Virus record (IMG/VR): IMGVR_UViG_3300045988_125841
Location: 1-52,919 of that record
DNA length: 52,919 nt
Source: a virus
Direction: 5' to 3' (one strand)
Position 1 is the stretch's first letter, and each line of letters opens with the position of its first letter. Below, piece after piece: positions 1-12,200 of this stretch. Under the pieces are notes generated by a model. That model did not search any database, was not told the origin of the DNA, and was given only the letters and a program-made list of their open reading frames with translations. The position numbers were made by a program, and so were the translations under genes.

Positions 1-55
1 CGAAACCGCATATTCATTAAATATTTAAGGGGTTCGAATCCCTCCGGGCGTACCA
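1..55 (+). repeat. attL core (left copy of the 55-bp direct repeat)
   Basis: 'cgaaaccgcatattcattaaatatttaaggggttcgaatccctccgggcgtacca' is identical to 52865..52919. Confidence 0.85.
28..55 (+). tRNA. 3' end of a tRNA-like gene (T-arm, acceptor 3' strand, discriminator A, CCA); isotype unassigned, 5' part lies outside the window
   Basis: Canonical T-loop context 'GGTTCGAATCC', followed by the 7-nt strand 'cgggcgt', then A and CCA. The 27 nt upstream do not fold into an anticodon arm in standard numbering. Confidence 0.5.
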
Positions 56-64
56 ACTCATCAT

Positions 65-107
65 AAACCGTATAAATGCTTGAAATCAAGCGTTTATGCG
101 GTTTTTT
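65..107 (+). terminator. Intrinsic terminator following the tRNA-like 3' end (phage-supplied replacement terminator)
   Basis: A 15-bp stem pairs c68-g82 with c87-g101 (two G-U pairs), with loop 'aaat' and a T-run at 102..107. Confidence 0.75.
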
Positions 108-132
108 AGTGCTTGTGAGAAGAAAATCAATG

Positions 133-160
133 TGATAAAAAGTGATAAAAAACGATAAAA
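133..160 (+). repeat. Three (T/C)GATAAAA motifs at exact 10-bp phasing in the att arm
   Basis: 'tgataaaa' at 133..140 and 143..150, and 'cgataaaa' at 153..160. The A-tracts are helically phased, making this a candidate bend or accessory-factor site. Confidence 0.5.
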
Positions 161-174
161 TGTTATACTTTTTT

Positions 175-212
175 GTTAGTCAGTTAGTCAAAAGTTAGTC
201 AGATTTTAGTCA
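175..212 (+). repeat. Four direct TTAGTCA repeats, candidate arm-type integrase binding sites
   Basis: 'gttagtca' at 175..182, 183..190 and 194..201, and 'ttagtca' at 206..212. Two more copies sit next to attR (52838..52855) in the same orientation. Confidence 0.6.
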
Positions 213-220
213 GAAACTAC

Positions 221-243
221 GCAAAATAGAGTGTGATACAATT
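221..243. repeat. Left copy of an inverted repeat whose partner lies upstream of int (51757..51783)
   Basis: 'gcaaaatagagtgtgatacaat' matches the reverse complement of 51757..51783 ('gcaaaaatagagtgtatgtgatacaat'). All 22 nt match once a 1-nt and a 4-nt gap are allowed. Confidence 0.5.
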
Positions 244-280
244 AAAATAAGCTACCGACTTAACGCCGGTAGCTTATTTT
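244..280 (-). terminator. Hairpin terminator immediately after the stop codon of the giant ORF
   Basis: A 10-bp stem pairs 248..257 with 267..276 ('taagctaccg'/'cggtagctta'). It is flanked by A4 and T4 runs, so it could act in both directions. Confidence 0.55.
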
Positions 281-3200
281 CTATTCGTCTTTTTTGAACT
301 TTGACTTGTTCTTTTCTTTGTACTGGTCTTTAATCGCTTTCAAAACATCACTGCCCAACTGCTTTAACATTTCTGTCTTTTCGTTATCAGACGCCCCTTG
401 ATATTTGGATGTATTTATAAGTTTTTTTCGGTTTGCTTCAAGCACTTTTTGATAGTCCTCGTAATACTTTTTGTATTCTGTATATGTCATTTCCCAAATG
501 TAAGACTGTTTATCCACCGTCATAGTTATTTTTGATTGTGGTAAACTGCTCATATATCCATCATCAGTCGTCATTTGCTTACTATTAAACAAACCAACGA
601 TACTCTTGTCTGTATCTGTTATTCCCGAATTAATATTTCTGACGTCTGCTATAAGCTCTTGTCTGGCTTTTCTTTGCTCGCTCTCAGATAATCTCTTTAT
701 TGCTTTGTTGGCTTGCGTTATATATGTAGCCTTACTTGCATATTTCTCGTACATACAAGCATTTTGTGGTGTAGGATTGTTTTGATATTTCTTAAACATT
801 TTATCTCGTCTTTCGTATACCTTATTAAATACGTCTGTTGAATATGCACTATCCGCGCTGAAAGACGTTCCGTATAGGTTAGACGGATTGAAGCCGTCAG
901 CAGTAACCGACCTATTGAGCTTACCGATAATACCGGTATAATTATCAATTAAGTGGTCTATTTTCATCGGCGACCAGTTAAATGTCTGACCTATTGACTT
1001 TGCCAATAAAGAAGTTTTTTGGTTGTATTGCTCCTTGTTTGGCTCGTCCTCAAGTGCCGAACTTACTATCGGCGTACCTTTAAAGTCTTTATTAACCATA
1101 TTATCAACAATTCCGCCTAATATTGTACCTCCTGCAGCTTGATGTACACCTTCTTCAATTCCTCCTTCTGCAATACCGGTAACAGGCAACCACGCAGGTA
1201 ATGTTGTATCACCGATGTATTGCCCAAATTGATAAAATGCTTCTTTATCACCAAAAGCGTAATCGGCGGCTCTTTCTGCTGTTGTGTTTAGTATTGCTGC
1301 TTCTCTTGATTTAGGTATTTTTATAAATTTTCCGTTACCTATAGATATGCAGTAAAAATTATTTTTTTGATACTGAGATAATTCTTCCCAACCATCTTCA
1401 TCTGACGTCCTGTTCCAAAATTCCAATAGTGCAGTAGTTAAAATTGCACTGATTAGGTACCTAAGCATATGCTTTGCAATCTCTTTTTTACCACCACTTG
1501 TGAATATACGAGCTTGTTTATCCATACCTTGAACAGTCGCATTTGAAAATCTAAATATTTTATTTAGTTTTCTGCCGACCTCACCGCTTCTATTGAAGTT
1601 GACGGTTATATCAGACGCGGCATAAATAGCTTGTTGATTATCGGCTCCCTTTTTCTTCATACCTTTAAATTCAGCCAGTCGCGGAATAGCTTCGGTGATT
1701 TCGTTGATTTTTGTAACGCATTCTATTGGGTGTAAGAATATTGCTTGTGCCAAACGCCTTGCAAGTCCTGCATCTTTTGAGTTCACCTCACGCAAAGTCT
1801 TTTTCAGTACATCAATATTATCGCTGAACATTGACATATGTCCACCGCCTGCAGCTTTATATTGTTTATAATTATCACTGTTTCTTATAACGTCCCATAA
1901 AGCTGACATATATGCACCTGTAAAAGTAATAGGATTATTATATGCTTTTGAATTTTTCATTGCAGTATCATAATCTCGTATTGCGTTCGTGGTAGCAAAA
2001 ACCGGATTTAGTTGCGTTATCAGTGCGTTTGTTATACCTAAAGTTCTTCCTGCAAAATTCATTATTTTTCCTGTTTGGACCGGTGTTAAATTTGTTATAG
2101 CATTAAACAGTGCCTTATCGTGTACCTGATAATATTTGCGCTTGCCTTTATTCAAATATGTAACTATTTGCTTTCCAGGTATAACTACAGGTGTATAACT
2201 TTCAACTTGTGTGCCGAATACGTCTTCAAAAACCTCTGTTAAGTTAAACAAATCGTTTTCGTCAAGACTTTCTGACATTCTGCCTAAGAATTCATCAGAC
2301 AACTTTTCAATGTTGATTATATTCTTTACTTGGTCTGGTGGCACAGGTTCTATAAAATTAGCAAACCCCGGTACATTGTCCGCATACATACCCAATACCG
2401 CCATAACTCTGTTTCTTGTTCCGAACTTTACTTGCTTTTCTACATTTTTTATAATACTTTCAAGTGGGGATATGATTGTAGCACCACTACCTTTCGCAGT
2501 TTTTACAGGACTTTGCTGATTTGCAAAACCACTTTTAAATCCTGTTCTGTTCCTACCAGTGTCACGCATAAACGGCACGTAATGTGGGTACATTTTTTGT
2601 AGTTTGTTGTATGTAATAGCATCCATACCACCCATAGATACTACCCAATATTTTAACATATCTTGTTGGAACTTGTACAGATTTTCCGACGCTTCTTTAA
2701 ATTCAGGGTGATTGTTTTCAAGATTTGCTATTTCTCTTTTTATTCGTTCAGAATTCTGCAAAGTATCATCGCTAAATACTCGTTTTAGTTTTGCGCCTTC
2801 TTGGGGTTCAATCCATTCTAAAGAGTGCTTTAATACTAAATATTTATCAAACAAATCTATATCTTTGTGTGATATATCTTTAATACAATCTATCAAACCT
2901 TTCCCACCTGTCAAATTGCCGTTTGGGTCTACCATTCCTTCTTTAAATATAGTAGACATAGTAGCGTCTACATTTTTAGAATTTATAGCTAAAATGTACG
3001 CGTCCTTTCTTCCGCTGAGAGTTCCTTTTAACTCTTTAACATAATCAGTAGCTTCTTTGATAGGTGCAAAGCTATCAACCAACTTGGTGTATATTTCTTT
3101 CGATATTTCACTTGCTGTTGGTTTGTTTTTCTTTTTTATCTCCTTGTTGCTGGTCATTGCCGCGTCTACTTTGTCCATAAAGTCCGAATTATAATATTGC

Positions 3201-6200
3201 TGTGAATATTCCGATAATGTTTTCAAAGCTTGAGCGTCCTTTGGAGAAAGGGTCTCAATGAATTCTTTCGAAAATTTCGGTACTTCCTTTATTGTACTTT
3301 GCGGGTCTTTAACAAACTCTCTCACAAATTCAGCCACTGCCTCGTCCGGTACTTCACTTTTTTTATATTGCTTCATCAATGTTGGGCTTTTTCGTTGTGC
3401 AAAGTCGATTATCTCATCAATATTAGCTGATGAAGTAAAATCATATTCATCATCAAGCAAATGTCCTAATTCGTGAGTAGCTGTCGGCAAGTCATTTGCT
3501 ATACGAAGTCTTACAGCTTTCGAAAGTTTCTTAAACTCACCTTTAGCTCTTGTCAGTGACAAATTTCCTTTTGAAATAGGTATATTGAACTCTTTTGAAA
3601 TATACGAAACAATATCGCCTAATTTCTTATTCTTTTGTTTTTTGCTGTTCTGCAGTTCGTTAGACGTCCAAGTATCAACAGTATTAGCTTGCTTAGAATA
3701 CTGAATATCACTACTCGTATCAGTCTTGTTTACTATTTTCTCACTTGTTTCACTCGTGTTCTCTGCTTTTTGATTTGCAGATGTTTCATTATAATGCTCA
3801 TACTTGTATGTTATATCTTTCTGCTTGGCAAGAGCTTCTTTTAGCTCTGTTTCTTTTTCGAAAGGCTTATTTGCTTCCTGCTTTGCAAATTCCAAATCGC
3901 TTTTAAACTTAGTAATACTATTTTGTGTATTGCTTAAATCCGAATCAAGCCTCTTTAGAACACCTGCTATTCTTGCAATATTATTTGCACCGCCAGCATA
4001 CTCGACTGTGTAGGTGTTTTCACCTTGAATTACAAGTGAGTAATCCATACCGCCTGTATTGCCTTTAAACTTAATTTTAAAGCCGTTATATGAGCCGATT
4101 GCATTATATTTGCCATTCTTCGGAGCAGACTTTATAGCTTCTGAAAGCGCTTTGTTTGCGTCTTTTTGTTTTTCATAACGCTTATCTTTAATGATTATTT
4201 CATTCTCATTATATTTATCTCTTAAAGCAATATCATTTTTCAAGCCTTTTTCTCGGTCAGTGTACTCCTCTATCAAGTGTGGATTTTTTGCAACGACATC
4301 TTGATAGTGATAAATTTCATTCAAATAACCTTGTTCCAGTGTTTTAAGTCTTGACACTTCTTTGTCTATATCTATCTTTTCTTTTACAAGTGGATTGCCT
4401 GATGTTATAGCCATAGCTGTTGCGGCGTCTATTGATTCGCCACCGTCGTCGCTTGCTCCGACATCTTCCATTTCTGAAATTGCGTCGCCTCGCAAAGCGG
4501 CTCTTATCATTTCGCCTTTGCGGTCCTGCGCTTGCCACTTATGACTGTCGAAAGTGTTTTCTTGTAGGTATCTGTAAATGCGTACTTCTTTGTTGATATT
4601 TCCCGAACGAACACCACGAGCATTACTTTGTTCCCAATCTGACGGTTTATATGTAACTGTGGGGTGATGTATTGCTACAACACGTTTTTGAACGTTAAGT
4701 CCCTCAGCCATCTTCTGACAAGTTCCAATTAATACACGAACGTCGCCGTTATTTACTTTTTCGTATAGCTCTTCAAGCTGTGCGTCTTTTTGGTTGCTTA
4801 TTATAACAATTTCTTCTTCCGGTACACCTCTTTCAATCAGTTTATTTTTAATATCCTTATGCAAATTAAAAGAATATACTTCGCCAGAACCTGCACCTTT
4901 ATCGCAAAATATGATTTGAGTGCCTTTTATGTTATTAGAATTTTTGTACTCATTGAGAACTTGTTTACACATAGTGTTAATTTTACTATTTTCGTGTTCA
5001 AGTTCATCAACAGAGTAATCTTTATACATATTTACGTCTGTTTCAGCGCCTGAAAGCATTCTTGTATCAACAGACGCCATATCTGCCATCGCCATTAGAC
5101 GAGCATATACTTTTAGCATTTCTTTCTTGTTAGTATTAGCTAAAGTATCTGTAATTTGTTGTTGTATTTGCTTATGCTCCGGAGTTCCTTCGATTTTTAT
5201 GTCTACATACTTCGCTTTAGGCAAATCCTTTACAACATCTTCTGTAAAAACTATGTCTGCGAATTGTCGAAACAGTCCTATCATTTCAGACGCATTTACA
5301 AAACTGCGTATTACTTGTGTTGATTTCGGTTTAATCTGCCCATCAATTCCTAATTCTACTGTGTTTTCAATTTTAGCAAATGTATTAACCCATTCATCAA
5401 GTGAATGTATTCCTGCTTCTTCTAATATATCTGGTCGTACCATTCGCATCATATTGTATATTTCTGATACAGTATTTGTTATAGGTGTGCCTGTTCCAAA
5501 CACGATTTTTCCGTTTATTGAACGCAAATAGTCTAACTTCATCAGCATATCGTTAGCTTGCTGTGCACTGCTACTATTTGCTAAACCTTTAATACTAAGT
5601 GATGTAGGTGTTGTAATACTTTTATAGTTATGTGCTTCATCTACACAAATAGCGTCAAAACCAAGCTTTTCAAATTCAATACCGTTTTCATCACGTTTTG
5701 TATCTGCATTTAGATTTTTTAATTTATCTTCAAGGTTATTTCTCTTTTTTATCAGATTTTTATATGCTCTTGTAGAACCATCTCTGTTGCTTTCAGCTTC
5801 TGCGATTTGTATATTGCATTCTTCAAGTTGTTGAGAAATAAAATTTGCTTCCAGTTGCTTACTTACCGGTATTTTAGTGAATGTAGTTCTTGCAATAAGG
5901 ACTATATCCCAATCATTTGAATTAACCAATCCAAGCATAGATTGTCTTTTGGCTTTTGCTGTATCTATCACAAGCACTTTTGCTGTCGGATAAGCTTCTG
6001 CTATATCGTTTCTGAAATCGACTACTTTGTTGTTTGGAACAACCATTGCAGTTTTATTTATGATACCCATTCGCTTAGCTTCCATAACCGAAGCAATCAT
6101 TTCAAATGTTTTACCTGTTCCTACACCGTGTGCAAAAAGAGTATTTCCGCCAAACAAAAAGCGTGCAATACCGTTCTTTTGATGTGGATATAGCTTTTCT

Positions 6201-9200
6201 TTTAATTCTTCGCTCATTGAATCAAAGGATAACTTTTCAGCTATATTCTTGTAATTAAGAGGTCTGTAATTATTGTACATTCGGTTATACTTATCTACAA
6301 TAACATTTCTTCTTTTGCTGTCACGGAATATCCAGGAATTGAAAACGTTTTTTATATCTTCAGCTTTTTGCTTTGCGACTTCTGTCATTTTTGTATCTAT
6401 AGTAACAACTTCTTTACCGTCAACAACAGATTTCGTTTTAGCCAATATTTCGCCGTCATTTAACACCTTTTCAAGAAGTTGTACCGCATTAAAAGCCTTG
6501 CAACCATATTTTGTGTTCACGATTTCGCCATATCGTCTTTGTCCTGCTCCATCAATCTTCCATTTTCCGCTTGAATCTTTTTCTATATTCAAGCGTTGAC
6601 CAAAAGTATCAAGTGCAAAACTTTCTATATATTTCGGGTCGATATAGTTTGCACCGAGTTTAACAATTATTTCAGAGGCATTTTTAGGTTTTGGTAAGAC
6701 TTGCTCAAGCATTTTTTCTTGTTCTTCAAAGTCGGGCTTACCTTTTACTTCGTCTAACTTTTCGTAGATGTTGCCCGACAAATATATATCAGTAAGAACA
6801 TAATCGCCTTGAGGTGTAAGCACAATTTCACCCTTTAATTCATCAGCAATCTGTTTTTCGGTTTTGCCCGTCAATTCTTGCATATGTTTAAAATCGACTT
6901 TGCCTGTTTCGTTTATAGATACTACAAGTGCGTCAGACGCAGTATCCACTTTAGTAATTTTTTTCTTGCGTAACGTATCTTTTTCAAACAATACCGATTT
7001 TGCAAATTCTTTTTTTGCTTTGTCGTATCTTTCCAAACCGCCTACTAAATAGAAATCTGAATCAGCTTTCAAAAAACTATTGTTCGTGCTTTTCTTTTTA
7101 CCTATTTTTTTCTTTCCGTCACCTGTAATCGGACCGTGTTTTTTATAAAAATTATCATATACTTCTGATAATTTTTTTCTTAATATTTCAATATCATCAT
7201 CCGGCAATTCTTTTTCGTAAGCTTCAAGAAGCTCTTTATAAACGTCCCTTACTGCAATATAGTCGCGTGCTGTATTTTCTTTTGCTCCCTTTAAAGCAGT
7301 TGCTGTTCCTGCTCCGTCGTCTTCATAAATGCGTCCGCCTTTTTCAAAAAATTTAGGCTTTTCAGACCACGAAACAAGTGTTTCAACTTTCTTTAACTCA
7401 CTTTTGCCATTCATTAGTCCTTTCGGCAATTTTGACATTGCGTCGTTTAGTTTTTCGTAGAAGTTACCATCACCGATTACTGTTGTAATTTCGCCCCACG
7501 CATTAGTTCCTTTCGCGAGAGCGCCTAAAATATTTTCCGAGTGCTTTTTGAAATACTCGTTAATTCTCAATCCATCATCGGTCGTGGTAACATTCAAAAT
7601 ACTGTCGCCACTCGGTCGCTGACCACTTGCGCGCTTCTGAAGAATTAACAAATCAGATTGTACACCGGTATTTGCACTTCGTGAAAATACACCTTCCGGC
7701 AGTTTATAGCAAGCGACAACGTCAGCTCTATCCATAATAGCTTTTCTTGCGTCTATTCCATAACTGTCTAATGTACCTGAACTTGTAATAACAGCTACAA
7801 TGCCACCCTCACGCACTTTGTCCAAAGATGATATGATAAAATAATTGTGCATTGAATATTTCTTTTTATCATATGAAATCTTGTTTTGACCGAAAGGTAC
7901 GTTACCGATTACTAAATCATATGAATTGTTTTTAAATGCTATATCTTGAAACGGTTTATTAATTACAGTTGCTCCAGGATATAGATATTGTGCAATTCTT
8001 GCAGTGTATGTTTCGAGTTCCACACCTGTAAGTGCTGATTTTGCAGTCATTGCGACAGGCATTCTACCAAAGAAATTACCTATACCCATTGAAGTTTCGA
8101 GAACGTTTCCACCTTTAAAACCTAATCTTTTAAGACCGTTATACATTGCATCAACAACTTTTGTAGGTGTAAAAAATGCGTTATTCATCGAATCTTGTAC
8201 ATTTTTTCGTTGCACACCGTCAAAATATCTGTTAAATCTTGAATATTGTTCATACGGCAGACGTCTTGTATCTATTCCACCCCACCCCTTGTATTTTGCG
8301 AGTATTTCTTTTTCTTCGTTTGTTGCTTCTCGTCCTTCTTCTTCCAACTTCAAAAGTAACTCTATTGCGTCAAGGTTATCTTTTGCACTCGGTGGAGTAG
8401 TATCGTATTTTTCAGCAAAATCATCGCTTATAACAAAATTATTCTTATTAGACGGTAACTTTTCTTTTTTGACGGTTTTTGCGCCTGTTTCTATAACATC
8501 GGGTGTATCATCGGTGTTGTCTTTTAATTGTCCAGGCTGTCCACCCATTCCTTGAACAACATCAATTCCTCCATTGTGTACTGTTCCTCGTCCTCGTCGT
8601 CCTCCGTCTGATACTCCTTCAGTTTCTGATGTAGTTTCTCTTTTATCAGTTCCTCCGTATATTCCCTCGCTATCATCTCTGACATCGGGTCTGTTTCTTT
8701 CGTTTCCAACTGATTGTCGTAGTCCGTTGTTGCTATCGTCGCTATGTGACGTATGAACTCCGTCAATTCCACTTTCTTCATTAGTTCCGTCAGTTCGGGT
8801 GCGTAGTCCTCTATCATCATTTCTACTTTTTCCGTCCAATACTCCTTGTTGCGATATGCCATTTTCTTTACCTCCGTTTTTTTGATTATCTACTTTTGAA
8901 ACCACTTTGTAATCGTGTGTTTGCTTAAAGTTTTCTATACCGCCGATATGTGAGAATGTCTGTTTGTTGTCACTCTTATCAAGATTTTCAAAACTCATAT
9001 TTAAGCCTGTTTGTGTAACTTTCCATTGCCTGCCATCATACTCGATTACATCGCCGATTTCCAAGTCAGGTATTTCTTTTATTGTATCATTTTCGGATTG
9101 GCTGTTCAATACAGTTTTATTGTTTTCTGAAACGTTTTCTTCGTCACTTTCTGTATTATTATTTGTTGATTGACTATCTTTGATATTTTCATCTGCTTGT

Positions 9201-12200
9201 ACATCATCTGTTTCTTTTAAAGTGCCTGTGGTTCCAAAGAAATCATTAAACACATCAAAAACTTCTTCTGTTGGTTCACTTTTAAAAATAAAACCCGGTA
9301 TCGGTTTGCCGTCGGGTGTTTTTGCGTATCTTGAATAATAGCCGCCTACTGCTTTTACTTTTGCATTTAGCTTTTTATATTCATCTGCTGAAATTCTCTC
9401 TTTTAAGCCTATAATCCATAAATCCTCGCCTGTTTTGGTATGCTTTGTTTGTGTGAGGTTACATTTATCTTTCAAATTTAATGTATCATTTTCTGTATCT
9501 CGACGTATACTACTATTGACAACATCACTATCTTGTGATACAATATTGTTAGTAGAGGATTTATCGTTAATAATTGCCAACCACTTATACAGTTGGGGAT
9601 TCACTTGCGATAAATCCTCTTTTTTGTATTTTATGTTTACACCTTCACCGGAAATCAAGTTTTTAGTATAGTTATCATTGGAACTGAACATTGTTACAAC
9701 AACATTGTAATCTTTGTATTTGCCACCAATATCTTTCGTACTGTTAAGCTCAACGGATATTATGCCATTATTTCCTTTTTTTGTTTTGACTGTTGTGAAC
9801 AAGTTTAGTTTACCATTTGCAAGCTGTATAATTGCGTCGGGATTTTGTAGAAAATCAGGTAATTTTTTTGCGATTTCCGCACCTAAATTGTGATAATGTC
9901 CCTCAAAAACACCGTTTTTTCTAACTGCAAGATATAACTTGGTATAATTGATTATCACTTTCAGATCTCTTGCACCTTTAACATTGTCAAGAATGACGTT
10001 AGGGGTATTTTTTAATATCTCGACCGCAACTCTATTATCTGCGAGTTCTTTTGCTGTTTCATCAGATACAGAAAGAATATTATCCACAGCATCATTGTAA
10101 TCTTCAAGTAATTGACCTACAGGAAGTGTTTCATTTGTTTTGATATCGGATTTAGGTATTTCTATTGTGGAATTGTCTTTTTGAGTTGCATTTTCCACCG
10201 GCGCTGCAAGGGGATTGGCACTGACCATTTCTTTAGCAGAATTTTCTTTAACTTGCAAATTACTCTTTATTGTATTTAATGCGTTTATAAATTGTGATAT
10301 TTCGCCCCCTGTCTTTGTTATCCCATCATTGTCGTTATGCAAATAAATCGAATATCCACTTGTTTCATTTTCGACTTGCTTCATAAATTCAATAGCAGTG
10401 TCTTGATTAGGGAATATTGCTGTTGCGTTGCCCGTCGGCAAATACGATACAATATAACTACCGTTTGAACTTTGGTGCGTGCCAAAGTGACCGTATGTAA
10501 CTCCTTGTTTTGTTTCGTATTCTCCATTTTTCTGTTTTACTGCAAACGACGTTTCACTTAGTTGGTTCGTATAGTCAATGCCTTGTTCTATAACATAACC
10601 TACATTTTGTCCATTTTCACTTACCGGAGCAAATTTTATATTGTTATTTGCATTTTCACTTATATTAAGTGAAGAATAATCGCCATTTTCTATATCTTGC
10701 ACTTGCGCGTTTAAAACTTCGTTTGCACCATATACATTATTGTGTAGATTGGCGTTTTTCTTTATCCCCTCTCTTAAAACATCTTTAAAATTTCTGACTA
10801 CGGTTTGAAATTCTCTGTTTCCGTCAAGTACACTGTTTCCGGTAAGAGTTTTATTTACAAGTTCATCAGCAAGATTATCTGTTTCTTGTGATAAAACTGT
10901 GTAGCTACGTCCGTTTTTCTCTGACATAGCTTGCACAAAGTCATTCGCATAGTTGCTTACATAGTTTCTGTCAAAAAGATTATCATTGTTCGACATAAAC
11001 TTTGTATTTGCCTCTTGTATACCTGTTGCACTTTCAGATACATTTAAGCCGACTTTATTCATTGCATTATGTACTTTCTCTGTAACTCGATTTACAGACG
11101 ATTGTACGCCGTTTTCTTGCGTGCTTATATTAGGTAATGTATCTATTGCATTTAATGTATCTACACTGTTAATCTCACTCGTTGTATCGTTAATGGTTGA
11201 ATTATCAGCGTTAATTTTGCTGTTTTGAGTGTTAATGTTGCTTATATCATTTACTTGCGCATTTAATGGTGCTGTTTCTTGAACTGTCTGCAAAGGCTCT
11301 ATTTCCGATGTTTTCGGTACATTTTGTATCGAATTTTCAGTTTGTGGTGTTGCATTTACGTTATTAATGTTTGTAGCTTCATTTACCTCATTGCCTGTTT
11401 CAGCAGTATTCATTTTGTTTAAAGTATTTTCTGCTACTCTTTTATCATAATTTATAACTTTTTCGTCTGAAAGTATATCTCTATACGCATTCATCGTTTT
11501 AACGAAGTAATCATTCATTTCCGCTACGCTTGATTTTTTCCAATCAATTTGTTTTGGAAGTTCAGGCATTTCTGCACCTGCCTCACGCACTTTCTGTGAT
11601 ACCTCTTTGTTGGTTCTGCTAATAATTTTTTTTACTTCATCACCATATTGTCTTACACTTTTTGCGTCAGTATGTAAAATGTTATCTACTACACCTGCAC
11701 CGCCCATTACAGCACCACCGACAGCACCGCCAAGAAAACTCTCGCCCAAAGCAGGTAAATCTATAACACCCTCTTTACCTACAAGTTTTCTTTGTTGTAT
11801 TTTTCCGTTTTCATCAACATATCCTACTTTTGAAACGACGTCACCCATTCTTTCAAATAATGTTGCGTACACTTCTTCCAAACCTTCACCGACATTAGCT
11901 TTCATATACTGTTTAAGAACTTTGCCGACATTCTTTTTTGTTGAGCCTGTTGGACTTAACGCAAACATCATACTTTTAGGAGTGCCATCATACCCCATTT
12001 TTTCTGTAATTGTATTCACATAACCTGTGAACATTGCATTTTTATAAGCCGTATCTTTGTCATATCCATTTTTGACAAGGTCGTCATATTTTTGTTGTGC
12101 TGAATCGATACCCATAAGCAAAGTAGTAGAATTATCCAAAGGGTTTAAAAATTTAGCAGCCGAACCTATCGAAAGGGTATTAGCTTTATTGATTGCGGCA

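Noticed and set aside
1-55. tmRNA (ssrA) as the integration target
   Set aside because: The acceptor 3' strand 'cgggcgt' puts C at position 70, so the G3:U70 pair required for alanylation of tmRNA cannot form.
718-948. Same-strand alternative-frame ORFs inside the giant gene (718..948 at 76 aa, 4344..4538 at 64 aa)
   Set aside because: Neither has a ribosome-binding site. The translations look like frame-shift noise, Arg-rich or irregular. This contrasts with the 8524..8862 ORF, which I kept as a finding.
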